This document shows positions 38,352 through 47,733 of a stretch of DNA of 64,000 nt, in pieces. A program made the translations under genes and the position numbers. The DNA lies in IMG/VR virus record IMGVR_UViG_3300003690_003063, positions 48,059 to 112,058 of that record; one strand, given 5' to 3'. Source of the DNA: a virus. A model generated the notes under the pieces. It saw only the letters and a list, made by a program, of their open reading frames with translations. It was not told the origin of the DNA and searched no databases. The first letter of the stretch is position 1. Each line of letters opens with the position of its first letter.

Positions 38352-39199
38352 AAATTATAGGCCTCGGGAAGGCAGGATGTAATCTTGCAAAGGCATTTTC
38401 AAAGTTCCCACAGTATGATACCTACAGGATTGATACCGATAAGGATGCGGACATCACCATTAAAGAACGACATAGCCACGAAGAATACGATGCCCACTTT
38501 CCAAGTCTGAAAAAAAAATTAAAGTTTACGGATGAAGAGGTGTGGGTTATAGCTTGCGGCGCGGGCAAAATCTCAGGGGGACTCCTTCGTCTCTTGGAAC
38601 AACTTAAGGCCAACACCATTTATATTTTATATATCAAGCCTGAGTTGTCGTTACTGAGTGAGGTACAGACTATTCAGGAGAAGGTAGTGCGAAACGTCCT
38701 TCAAGAGTATGCACGTTCGGGACTCGTTGAGGCCATCTGGTTAATTGACAATCAATATGTTGAAGGGGGGCTTGGCGATATTCCCATTTTAGGGTATAAT
38801 GATATTCTCAACCAGGCGATAGTCAACACCGTACACATGATAAACGTATTCAAGAACTCAGACCCTGTGATTGGCACCTTCATGACGCCCTCTAACCTGA
38901 GTCGCATCGGCACCGTGGGAATTTTGGATATTGAAAAAGAAGAAGAAAAATGGTTTTATCCCTTGACAAGCGTGCGTGATGTAGTATACTATTATGGTAT
39001 CAACGAAGAACAACTGAGGGAAGACGGCACACTGTATAGAAGCATTACCAACTATGTTAAGTCCAAGCAAGATGAAAACTTGAATGTTTCATACGGCGTC
39101 TTCAAAACAACGTATGAACAAAAATATTGTTATTGCGTTAAGTATTCTTCTATGGTACAATCATATAAAGACTTACTAGACGATCAGGAGATTAGCTGA
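38348..39199 (+). CDS. Divergent tubulin/FtsZ-like protein
   Basis: IIGLGKAGCNLA, IDTD, degenerate T4 loop CGAGKISGG, LIDN; start probably ATG 38348. Confidence 0.65.
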   Translation: MKIIGLGKAGCNLAKAFSKFPQYDTYRIDTDKDADITIKERHSHEEYDAHFPSLKKKLKFTDEEVWVIACGAGKISGGLLRLLEQLKANTIYILYIKPELSLLSEVQTIQEKVVRNVLQEYARSGLVEAIWLIDNQYVEGGLGDIPILGYNDILNQAIVNTVHMINVFKNSDPVIGTFMTPSNLSRIGTVGILDIEKEEEKWFYPLTSVRDVVYYYGINEEQLREDGTLYRSITNYVKSKQDENLNVSYGVFKTTYEQKYCYCVKYSSMVQSYKDLLDDQEIS

Positions 39200-39233
39200 T
39201 CGTACTATAACCCAACTATAAGGAGATAAAAAA

Positions 39234-40007
39234 ATGGGTATTAATTTAGACAAGATGAGAGAGAAGCTCTCATCACTACGTGGAGACGGAAACTCCTCAA
39301 ATGACACTTTCTGGCGCCCCGAGGACGGGGACCAGACTATTAGAATCGTTCCGACATCGGACGGAGACCCCTTCAAGGAAATGTGGTTTCACTACAATGT
39401 CGAAAAGGGCGGTTTCTTATGTCCCAAGCGCAACTACAGTGACGAGTGTCCTGTATGTGAGTTCGCCTCACAGTTGTGGCGCGAAGGGGCAGACAACAAC
39501 GACGAACACAGCAAGAAGGTGGCAAAGTCCCTCTTCGTGCGACAGCGTTTCTTCAGTCCCGTGATGGTTCGCGGCGAGGAAGAGCGAGGCGTCCGAGTAT
39601 GGGGCTACGGTAAGACGGCGTATGAGAATCTTCTCACGCTCGTGCTTAACCCTGAGTATGGTGACATTACCGATACCGAAACTGGTACCGATCTCACTAT
39701 GACCTACGGAAAGCCCCCCGGCGCTTCCTTCCCTCAGACGAAGCTTGTGCCGCGCCGGCGGTCTTCCCCTCTTTGCGAGGATCTGACGCCTGAGAAGTGC
39801 GTAGAGCTGCTGGATGCTATCCCAGATTTTACTGGGCTGTTTGAGCGAAAGACGACTGCGGACGTGCAGACGATTCTCGATAACTTTGTCAACTCTCAGG
39901 TTGACGATCCCGAGACGGTCAGTAGCGAGACCGAAAAGTATGGCAAGTCTGGCGATGGCGAAGCTAACGCTGTCGACGCAGCTTTCGCAGAGCTTGGAGC
40001 TCTCTAA
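39234..40007 (+). CDS. Single-stranded DNA-binding protein (T4 gp32-like)
   Basis: FWRP...IRIVP, HY..., CPVCE, VWGYG, D.ETG.DL, acidic C-terminus. Confidence 0.85.
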   Translation: MGINLDKMREKLSSLRGDGNSSNDTFWRPEDGDQTIRIVPTSDGDPFKEMWFHYNVEKGGFLCPKRNYSDECPVCEFASQLWREGADNNDEHSKKVAKSLFVRQRFFSPVMVRGEEERGVRVWGYGKTAYENLLTLVLNPEYGDITDTETGTDLTMTYGKPPGASFPQTKLVPRRRSSPLCEDLTPEKCVELLDAIPDFTGLFERKTTADVQTILDNFVNSQVDDPETVSSETEKYGKSGDGEANAVDAAFAELGAL

Positions 40008-40016
40008 TAATCCCCC

Positions 40017-40300
40017 CCACAGGGAGGCATAGGGTCATCAGGTGTCTCACCCATAGAAAGGAAGAATTATGACTATTGAAACAAATCTACTTGAGCAGCT
40101 GATCACGCTTCTTGAGGAAACTCGCGAAGACCACGAAAAGTTTTTTGAACGTAGCAACAATGCTGCTGGAACTCGTATACGTAAGGCAATGCAAGAAGTG
40201 AAGACTTTGGCTCAGGATCTTCGCATTGAAGTTCAAGAGGCCAAAAACACAGAGTAAAGCCTTGAAAACCGCAGGGAGGCATGGGGATACAGATGCCTCA
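40017..40300 (+). repeat. Two copies of a hairpin motif CC(A/G)CAGGGAGGCAT-N10/11-(A/G)TG(C/T)CTCA (40017-40049, 40269-40300); candidate structured RNA
   Basis: GAGGCAU pairs with AUGCCUC (copy 2) or GUGUCUC (copy 1, two G-U pairs); both intergenic, just upstream of an RBS. Confidence 0.7.
40069..40257 (+). CDS. Histone H1-like Hc1-family small protein
   Basis: D.EKF....N.AAGTR.RK.MQEVK.LAQ.LR.EV. Confidence 0.75.
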   Translation: MTIETNLLEQLITLLEETREDHEKFFERSNNAAGTRIRKAMQEVKTLAQDLRIEVQEAKNTE

Positions 40301-40322
40301 ACTTTACGAAAAGGGAGAAAGA

Positions 40323-40811
40323 GTGAAAAATATTATAGAGAAACTTCAGCAACTTAATATTGGACCCGATGATTACGTTTATCTTAACTACGTTGATCGC
40401 GCCGATGTATGGCACATTTCTGATGATTATGTTGAGGAAGCCCTAGGGGAAACAAGCACTGCTAGTAAGTTAGCGGGCCTTTTATCCAGACCTGGTGTGA
40501 GAGTTTATTCGCGTTATGAAGAAGACATACTAGAGTTGATGCGCGACAACGATCTATTAGAAGATTATGATCGGGAGGGATGGTTTGAAAAATATCTCAC
40601 GGAAACCCTCATAACACAGGCGTATGAGTATGATCTATTGACTGTTTCTACAGAGCGGCACGACCACAAGCGCGGCACGTGTGAGATTTCCGCCAACGTT
40701 AAGGTGAGGGCTGAAGATATTTACCATCTTGGTGACGAAGCTAACGCTTTTGTGCAAGATTTTGATGTTGTAGTTCAAACCGAGAACGGCGTCTTGCTGG
40801 TGGCAGTTTAA
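40323..40811 (+). CDS. Hypothetical protein
   Basis: Start reassigned to GTG 40323 after GGGAG; ATG 40281 lies inside the hairpin. Confidence 0.6.
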   Translation: MKNIIEKLQQLNIGPDDYVYLNYVDRADVWHISDDYVEEALGETSTASKLAGLLSRPGVRVYSRYEEDILELMRDNDLLEDYDREGWFEKYLTETLITQAYEYDLLTVSTERHDHKRGTCEISANVKVRAEDIYHLGDEANAFVQDFDVVVQTENGVLLVAV

Positions 40812-40825
40812 ACAGGAGGGCCCTC

Positions 40826-41887
40826 ATGGCAAAAAGTAAATCAAAAGCAGGCAAGATTTCAATTGATGGTTTGAGGACTCTTATTAATAAGACATCTGGC
40901 TTGGAGGTTGCTCACAATCTAAATGAAGCAAACCCAACCGAAGTAAAGGAATGGATTCCCACTGGCTCCCGCTGGTTGGATTCTATTGTTTGTAGAGGGC
41001 GCCTCGCCGGCATCCCCATCGGTAAATTTACGGAGATCGCTGGTTTGGAGTCAACCGGCAAATCTTTTATGGCCGCACAGATCGCCGGTAATGCCCAGAA
41101 GATGGGGCTGAATGTTATCTATATGGATTCCGAATCGGCGATTGACCCAGGCTTCCTTGAACGCGCCGGCTGCGACATAAACGAACTCATTTATGTTCAG
41201 GCCCAGTCAGTTGAGCATGTACTAGAAACTGTTGAGAACGTTTTGAAGTCAGGAGCAGAAAGAACTTTATTCATCTGGGACTCCTTGGCCATGACTCCAA
41301 CCATCACAGATGTGGAAGGGGACTTTAATCCTCAATCCACAATGGCGATGAAGGCGCGCATACTTTCAAAGGGAATGTCCAAGCTGACCATCCCCATCGC
41401 CAATACCAAGTCTGCTCTCTTGGTTCTGAACCAACTGAAGACCAACATCCCACAGGGGCCAAACGCGCGCATCGTCGCAATGACGACACCGTTTGTTACC
41501 CCGGGTGGAAAGGCTATGCACTATGTATACTCGCTGCGTATTTGGTTGACGGGACGCAAGGCGAAGTCCGCTTTCATCGAGGATGATAGTGGCTTCCGCA
41601 TCGGCTCCGAGGTGAAGGTTAAACTGGAGAAGTCTCGCTTCGGAACGCAAGGGCGCAATTGTGCGTTCAAGATTCTATGGGGTACTGACGAGGTGGGCAT
41701 CCAAGACCAAGAGAGCTGGCTGGAAGCCATCAAGGGCTCCGACAATCTCAAGCAAGCTGGTGCTTGGTTCTCTCTGGTCCATAAGGACGGTAAAGAAGAG
41801 AAGTTCCAGAGCGCTCATTGGATTGAAAAGCTTAAAGACAAGAAGTTCAAAAGCGCGAAGGAAGCGCTGCGGATTTCTACGACGTAG
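40826..41887 (+). CDS. recA: RecA/UvsX recombinase (C-terminus probably altered by a frameshift)
   Basis: IPTGS, GLESTGKS, DSE, WDSL, NQ, TPGG, KSRF. Confidence 0.93.
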   Translation: MAKSKSKAGKISIDGLRTLINKTSGLEVAHNLNEANPTEVKEWIPTGSRWLDSIVCRGRLAGIPIGKFTEIAGLESTGKSFMAAQIAGNAQKMGLNVIYMDSESAIDPGFLERAGCDINELIYVQAQSVEHVLETVENVLKSGAERTLFIWDSLAMTPTITDVEGDFNPQSTMAMKARILSKGMSKLTIPIANTKSALLVLNQLKTNIPQGPNARIVAMTTPFVTPGGKAMHYVYSLRIWLTGRKAKSAFIEDDSGFRIGSEVKVKLEKSRFGTQGRNCAFKILWGTDEVGIQDQESWLEAIKGSDNLKQAGAWFSLVHKDGKEEKFQSAHWIEKLKDKKFKSAKEALRISTT

Positions 41888-41908
41888 ATAAGAAATAGAA
41901 AAGAACCA

Positions 41909-41937
41909 TTGACTTCGAAGCTTCCGTGAGGTATACT
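41909..41937 (+). promoter_or_regulatory. Sigma70-type promoter (deaminase)
   Basis: TTGACT-17-TATACT. Confidence 0.7.
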
Positions 41938-41967
41938 CATAGGAGCTTCATACGTTAGGGGACTAGA

Positions 41968-42351
41968 GTGAAGAACAAGAGATACATAGAGTTCGCAAAG
42001 CGAGTAGCAGAACAATCAAATTATGGAAAGTTTAGGCACGGAGCCGTTCTCGTGAAGGGTAGCTCCGTTCGTAGTATTTCCTGTAACAAGCACCGGCATT
42101 GTAGTTTCGGTGCGAGATTTCGTAAAGAGGGTCACGGCGAAGCCACCCTCCACGCAGAGTTGGGAGCCATCCTCGGCATCGAGCGCTCCACGACACAGGG
42201 CTCAGACGTTTACGTCGCGCGCATCAACAGAGAAGGAGAGGCACGCATCAGCAAGCCTTGTCCAATGTGCGAAGCAGCCATGCGCCACGTAGGTGTCCGT
42301 CGCGTCTACTATACCAATGAAGACGGCAAGATCGAGAGGATGCGCCTATGA
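41968..42351 (+). CDS. Zn-dependent cytidine/dCMP deaminase-family protein
   Basis: HAE...SKPCPMC. Confidence 0.85.
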   Translation: MKNKRYIEFAKRVAEQSNYGKFRHGAVLVKGSSVRSISCNKHRHCSFGARFRKEGHGEATLHAELGAILGIERSTTQGSDVYVARINREGEARISKPCPMCEAAMRHVGVRRVYYTNEDGKIERMRL

Positions 42352-43313
42352 AACGCGTCATGATCATCGACGCGCTGAACGCCTATTTCCGGGCTTTTAT
42401 CGTCAACCCTAGTCTCTCGGCCCACGGACAGCCCATCGGGGGCTTGAAGGGCTTCCTAGGCATCTTACAGAAGCTGTGTAGGGACATCAGGCCCGACACG
42501 GTGATGATCATTTGGGATGGCCCGGGCGGCAGCCGTAAACGGAGGGAACAAAATAAGAACTATAAGGCAGGTCGCAAGCCTATTCGGGTCAACCGCCAGA
42601 CCGACTTAACACAGGAACAACAGCAGGCCAACATGGCGTGGCAACAGCTACGGTTGATGGAATATCTTAATGAGTTGCCAGTAGTTCAGTTGCGCTTTGA
42701 TGAGGTAGAAGCCGACGATGTGATCGCATACGCCACACAGGTAGAACAATTTAAAGGGTGGGAGAAGGTAGTTGTTTCTAGTGATAAAGATTTTCTTCAG
42801 TTGTGTGATGATGAAACGGTTTTGTTTAGGCCGATCCAAAAGAAGGTGCACACTAAGTTAAACATAGTGGAAGATTTTGACATTCATCCACGCAATTTTG
42901 CAATGGCCCGCGCTATAGCTGGAGACCCTTCGGACAATCTTAAAGGTGTCCCTCGCGCCGGCTTAAAAAGTATTTCAAAAAACTTAAAATTTCTTAGGGA
43001 AGATAAGGACGCGACATTACAAGAGATTTTTGATTTCTGTCTTAAGAGCGACTCCAAGGCCAAGTTTTTCACGAACGTTTTGGAGTACAGAGATGTAATT
43101 ATAGAGAACTATAAGTTGATGCAATTATATGCTCCAGCGTTGTCTTTACAGTGTCGTGACAAAGTACACTATACACTAGATAATTTTGAATATGACTACA
43201 ATAAAACCGAAGTTATTCGCATGATGAATCAGGACGGTTTTGGAGTTTTTAACTGGGATGATTTACATGCTGCGATGAACCGCATGTGTGTTGACAAGGC
43301 GCTGACGAAGTGA
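42348..43313 (+). CDS. 5'-3' exonuclease / RNase H (FEN, PolI N-terminal type)
   Basis: IID, WDG, YKAGR, EADDVI, SSDKDFLQL, GDPSDNLKGV. Confidence 0.92.
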   Translation: MKRVMIIDALNAYFRAFIVNPSLSAHGQPIGGLKGFLGILQKLCRDIRPDTVMIIWDGPGGSRKRREQNKNYKAGRKPIRVNRQTDLTQEQQQANMAWQQLRLMEYLNELPVVQLRFDEVEADDVIAYATQVEQFKGWEKVVVSSDKDFLQLCDDETVLFRPIQKKVHTKLNIVEDFDIHPRNFAMARAIAGDPSDNLKGVPRAGLKSISKNLKFLREDKDATLQEIFDFCLKSDSKAKFFTNVLEYRDVIIENYKLMQLYAPALSLQCRDKVHYTLDNFEYDYNKTEVIRMMNQDGFGVFNWDDLHAAMNRMCVDKALTK

Positions 43314-43319
43314 TATTAT
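43291..43319 (+). promoter_or_regulatory. Sigma70-type promoter (dnaB)
   Basis: TTGACA-17-TATTAT with TGn. Confidence 0.7.
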
Positions 43320-43326
43320 AGAGGCA

Positions 43327-44706
43327 GTGGATAGAACAATGAAATTAAATGGTGAAGCTGCGAACTTCTCAAAATACGGGAAATCATTTCAAGAAAAGTT
43401 ATGTATGGTGATTTTGGATGATCGCTCCTTCGCAGATCAGATTGAAGAAGTCCTAGATGTAAATTTTTTGGAATTAAATTATCTCAAATTGTTTTTAAAT
43501 AAGATTTTTGACTACCGTAAGAAGTATGGAGTCCATCCATCTCGCGACATCATGAAAACTATTTTGCGCGCTGAACTTGACAACGAGAATGAATTAACAG
43601 CAAAGCAAACGAGAGAATTTTATGTTCGGAGTCAAATCACAGACCTTACTGATGTGGGATATATTAAAGATACCTCATTAGATTTCTGTAAGAAGCAGAA
43701 CTTGAAGTCCGCCATGGTAAAGTCCATTCAACTGTTGCACAACTCATCATTTGATGAGATTTCACGAGTTATTAATGACTCTCTTAAGTTGGGAATAAAT
43801 GGTGATGAGGGATACGACTACAAGAAAGACTTCGAAGAGCGGTTTAAGCCGCGCTTTCGCAACCCCATCACAACTGGCTGGCCACTGATTGATGATGTGT
43901 GTAAAGGAGGCTTGGGACAGAAGGAATTGGGTGTCGTCATCGCGCCGACTGGGGCCGGTAAGTCAATGGCTCTGGTACATCTTGGGACGCAAGCTCTGAA
44001 AGAGGGCAAGACTGTTATTCATTACACTCTCGAACTTCAAGATACTGTGGTGGCATCTCGTTATGATTCTTGCCTTACCAAGATCGCTTTGGAGGACCTA
44101 CTGACCTTTAAAGAAAAAATCTATGAAGAAGTGAGCGACATTGGAGGCAAACTTATTATCAAGGAATACCCCACAAAGACTGCGACCACTCAAACTATTC
44201 GGAATCATTTAGAAAAATTGAAAATGCGCGATACTATTCCCGATATGGTTATCGTTGACTATGGTGATTTGTTACGACCCATGAGGTATTTAAAAGAGAA
44301 GAGAAATGAATTAGAATCTATTTACGAAGAGCTGCGCGCTATCGCAACAGAGTATAAATTTCCAGTATGGACAGCATCGCAGACGAATAGGTCCGGATTG
44401 AACGCAGAAGTGATTACAATGGAGTCGATCTCCGAGGCATTCAACAAGTGCTTTATAGCAGATTTTATTTTTACTCTTTCTCGCACCATTGAAGATAAGT
44501 CAGTAAATGGTGGGCGCTTGTTCGTGGCGAAGAATCGAAATGGCCCAGACGGAATTATATTTCCTCTCTTTATGGACGCCGCCAGTGTTTGTATTAAGGT
44601 ATTGGACCCGCGCGCAGAGGATGAATTTATAGAGGTAAATTCTAAAAGGCAAAAAGAGAACTTGGTTGAGAAATATAAAAAATTTAAACAGGGCAATGGA
44701 GGTTGA
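43327..44706 (+). CDS. dnaB: Replicative DnaB-like helicase
   Basis: APTGAGKS, TLE, IVDYGD, TASQTNR, KNRNG. Confidence 0.92.
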   Translation: MDRTMKLNGEAANFSKYGKSFQEKLCMVILDDRSFADQIEEVLDVNFLELNYLKLFLNKIFDYRKKYGVHPSRDIMKTILRAELDNENELTAKQTREFYVRSQITDLTDVGYIKDTSLDFCKKQNLKSAMVKSIQLLHNSSFDEISRVINDSLKLGINGDEGYDYKKDFEERFKPRFRNPITTGWPLIDDVCKGGLGQKELGVVIAPTGAGKSMALVHLGTQALKEGKTVIHYTLELQDTVVASRYDSCLTKIALEDLLTFKEKIYEEVSDIGGKLIIKEYPTKTATTQTIRNHLEKLKMRDTIPDMVIVDYGDLLRPMRYLKEKRNELESIYEELRAIATEYKFPVWTASQTNRSGLNAEVITMESISEAFNKCFIADFIFTLSRTIEDKSVNGGRLFVAKNRNGPDGIIFPLFMDAASVCIKVLDPRAEDEFIEVNSKRQKENLVEKYKKFKQGNGG

Positions 44707-44709
44707 GGG

Positions 44710-47130
44710 ATGTTTGATAAAGATAAAGTACGAGAGGATACTCTTGAATATTTTGATGGTGATGAGCTGGCAACGAATGTTTTTATGACGAAGTATTGTT
44801 TGCGTGACAAAAAAGGTAATTTTATGGAGAAAACTCCAGATGATATGCATAAGCGTATTGCTAAGGAGTTCGCGCGGATGGAAGATAAATTTATTACCCG
44901 GAAGTCAAATCATTTGACAGAGGATGAGATATATTCATTCCTCAAAGATTTCAAATACATCGTGCCCCAGGGCTCTCCAATGATGGGAATAGGAAATAAT
45001 TATGTTAATGTGTCACTGTCTAATTGCGTTGTTATTGATAACCCCGCCGACTCTGTATCAAGCATCATGGACGCGGGCAAAGATCTTGCGAATCTCTTTA
45101 AACGTAGGTGCGGTGTTGGGGTTGATATATCTTCTCTTCGTCCTGAAGGGGCTGTGGTCAATAATTCCGCTCGGACTACTACTGGTGCGTGGTCTTTTGC
45201 TGATTTTTACTCCTACGTCTGCCGAATGATCGGACAAAACGGGCGCCGCGGTGCCCTCATGATTTCGCTGGATGTACGCCATCCTGATATCAAAAAGTTT
45301 GTACAAATGAAGAAGGATCTCACAAAGGTGACGGGGGCTAATGTGTCCATTAAAATAAGTGACAGCTTTATGGAAGCCGTAGAGAAGAAAGAAACGTTTA
45401 CTCTACAATTTCCCGTTGATAGCGAAGACCCGGAGTATGTGAGGGACATAGATGCCGCTGCGTTGTGGAGTACTATCGTGGAGTCAGCGACTACGGGTGC
45501 CGAACCGGGCCTCCTGATGTGGGATAATATTATTAGGAATTTGCCGGCCCATGAATATGAGGAGTTCAGTACCAAAACTACTAACCCCTGCGGAGAAATA
45601 CCTCTTTCGGCTTACGATAGCTGTAGGCTTGTATCTCTGAATTTAAAAAGTCTCGTCAAAAATTCTTTTGAAAAAAGTGCAAACTTTGACTTTGGTAAGT
45701 TAAGAGAGATAGCTGCTATTGGTATGCGTCTCTCAGATGACCTAGTAGAATTAGAGTTAGAAAAACTAGAAACTATTTGCAGTGTGGCGGATACGGATGA
45801 CGAGAAAGAACTTTGGTTAAAACTGCACGGCGCCGCAAAGAATGGCAGGCGCACAGGTTTGGGCACCCACGGGCTTGCGGACGCGTTGGCATGTCTTAAT
45901 CTGGCATACGATAGTGATGAGGCCCTTGTGGTTATTGAGCAAATTTACCGCACACTACGCGACGCAGCATACGAAGAGAGCGTTTATCTTGCTCAAGAGC
46001 GAGGCGCCTTTCCTGCGTTTGACTGGAGTGTCGAGGAAAACAACGAGTTTATTCAGAGACTCCCAGAAGAACTAAAGAAAATGATCGCACAGTATGGACG
46101 TCGCAACATTTCTATTCTTACTAACGCACCAACGGGCTCTGTCTCTATAATGTCTCAAACGTCTTCGGGTTTAGAGCCTGTTTTTAGGAATTCTTATATC
46201 CGTCGCCGCAAACTTTCGCACGACGAACAGCATCTTGATGCCGATCACGTCGACGAGGTGGGAGATCGATGGCTTGAGTATGAGGTGTTCCATCACAATG
46301 CTCAGGCATGGTTTGAGTGGCATCCTTTTAAAGAGCCGGGCCCCCTTCCCGCATTTTTTGTAGAATCGGACAGCATCGATTGGACCCGACGAATTGCGGT
46401 GCAGTCTGTCATACAACAGAACATAGATCATAGTATTAGTTCGACAATTAATCTTCCCAAAGGTACTTCGCCGGCATTGGTGGGGGAGCTTTATATGGAA
46501 GGGTGGAAGCAAGGACTCAAGGGGATTACTGTTTATGTGGAAGGATCTCGTTCGGGGGTTCTTTTATCCCAGACAACGGATATTTTTCCACAGCATACTG
46601 CTCCCAAACGTCCGATTGAATTAGACTGTAATATTCACCACACCACCATCCAGGGCGAGAAGTGGATCATTGTTGTAGGCCTCATGGATAACAGGCCGTA
46701 TGAAATTATGGGAGGACTTTCAAATTTGATTGAAATTCCCCGTGACAAGGCGGCAGGTATTTTGGTGAAGAACCCAAGGAAGACGATGAATTCTGTTTAT
46801 GATTTGAAGGTGGGAAAGAATGGCGACCATGTTATCGTAAAAGATTTGGTCAAGGTTTTCGATAACCCTAATCATTCAGCGTTTACGCGCATGATTTCGC
46901 TTGGTCTTCGTCACGGATCCAACATTCAATATGTAGTTGAACAGCTTCAGAAGGATCGGGATAGCGATATGTTTAGTTTTGCTCGTTGTATGGCACGCAT
47001 TTTGAAGAACTACATTCCAGATGGGCAGCAAGCCACGGAGCGCACGTGTGGAGAATGTGGTACCGAAGGACTGATATATGTAGAGGGTTGTGTTACATGT
47101 TCCAACTGTGGTTTTGCGAAGTGCGGCTAG
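44710..47130 (+). CDS. nrdJ: Class II (B12-dependent) ribonucleotide reductase
   Basis: SNC, RRGA, TNPCGE, APTGS, SSTINL, KGITVY; C-terminal Zn-ribbon; no nrdB in the window. Confidence 0.88.
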   Translation: MFDKDKVREDTLEYFDGDELATNVFMTKYCLRDKKGNFMEKTPDDMHKRIAKEFARMEDKFITRKSNHLTEDEIYSFLKDFKYIVPQGSPMMGIGNNYVNVSLSNCVVIDNPADSVSSIMDAGKDLANLFKRRCGVGVDISSLRPEGAVVNNSARTTTGAWSFADFYSYVCRMIGQNGRRGALMISLDVRHPDIKKFVQMKKDLTKVTGANVSIKISDSFMEAVEKKETFTLQFPVDSEDPEYVRDIDAAALWSTIVESATTGAEPGLLMWDNIIRNLPAHEYEEFSTKTTNPCGEIPLSAYDSCRLVSLNLKSLVKNSFEKSANFDFGKLREIAAIGMRLSDDLVELELEKLETICSVADTDDEKELWLKLHGAAKNGRRTGLGTHGLADALACLNLAYDSDEALVVIEQIYRTLRDAAYEESVYLAQERGAFPAFDWSVEENNEFIQRLPEELKKMIAQYGRRNISILTNAPTGSVSIMSQTSSGLEPVFRNSYIRRRKLSHDEQHLDADHVDEVGDRWLEYEVFHHNAQAWFEWHPFKEPGPLPAFFVESDSIDWTRRIAVQSVIQQNIDHSISSTINLPKGTSPALVGELYMEGWKQGLKGITVYVEGSRSGVLLSQTTDIFPQHTAPKRPIELDCNIHHTTIQGEKWIIVVGLMDNRPYEIMGGLSNLIEIPRDKAAGILVKNPRKTMNSVYDLKVGKNGDHVIVKDLVKVFDNPNHSAFTRMISLGLRHGSNIQYVVEQLQKDRDSDMFSFARCMARILKNYIPDGQQATERTCGECGTEGLIYVEGCVTCSNCGFAKCG

Positions 47131-47140
47131 TTATATAGAG

Positions 47141-47440
47141 ATGATACAGTTTACTGATAAAGCAACGGAGCGCATCACCAAGGTTTTAGAAGCCGGCGAG
47201 GCTATTAGGATTGCGGTCCAGGGGGGCGGATGCTCGGGTATGTCATATTGTTTGAATATAGAGACGGAAGAGCCGGACGAAGAAGATATTTTACTTGACA
47301 TTACTGCTGTAAAGATATATATTGATCCTATGAGTGCTGGGATTCTAAAGGACACTACGGTAGATTACATAGCCACACTACAGCAAGAGGGATTTGTCCC
47401 CAGAACGTGGGATCTTTTGATAAGGACGAACAACATGTAG
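47141..47440 (+). pseudogene. iscA: IscA/HesB Fe-S carrier lacking the C-terminal CxC motif
   Basis: GGGCSGMSY...IDPMS...VDY...GFV, then out-of-family sequence. Confidence 0.8.
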
Positions 47441-47733
47441 GTACGGGTATCGTGGGCGCCCCAGAATGTGGAGATGTGATGAAACTTCAAATTAAAGTAG
47501 ATGACAGTGGGTATATCTGTGACGCCAAGTTTAAAACCTTTGGGTGTGGGTCGGCCATTGCCGCCTCATCACTAGCTACAGAATGGATCAAGGGAAAGAC
47601 CTTGAAAGAGGCCGCCGAGATTAAAAATACAGATATCGTGGAAGAGCTCTCTTTGCCCCCCGTTAAGATACATTGCTCGGTGTTAGCAGAAGAGGCAATC
47701 AAGGCGGCAATAGAAGATTTGGAGAATAAATGA
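47398..47733 (+). CDS. iscU: IscU Fe-S scaffold with N-terminus missing
   Basis: PQNVGS...GAPECGDVMKLQI, FKTFGCGSAIA, LPPVKIHCSVLAE. Confidence 0.88.
   Translation, partial: PQNVGSFDKDEQHVGTGIVGAPECGDVMKLQIKVDDSGYICDAKFKTFGCGSAIAASSLATEWIKGKTLKEAAEIKNTDIVEELSLPPVKIHCSVLAEEAIKAAIEDLENK

Noticed and set aside
38348-39199. Phage nucleus system
   Set aside because: Tubulin alone is insufficient; no chimallin or phage multisubunit RNAP is recognisable, and sigma70-type promoters imply host RNAP use
40017-40300. Hairpin pair as a mini-CRISPR or as terminators
   Set aside because: Only two degenerate copies separated by a full gene, no cas genes, no U-tract
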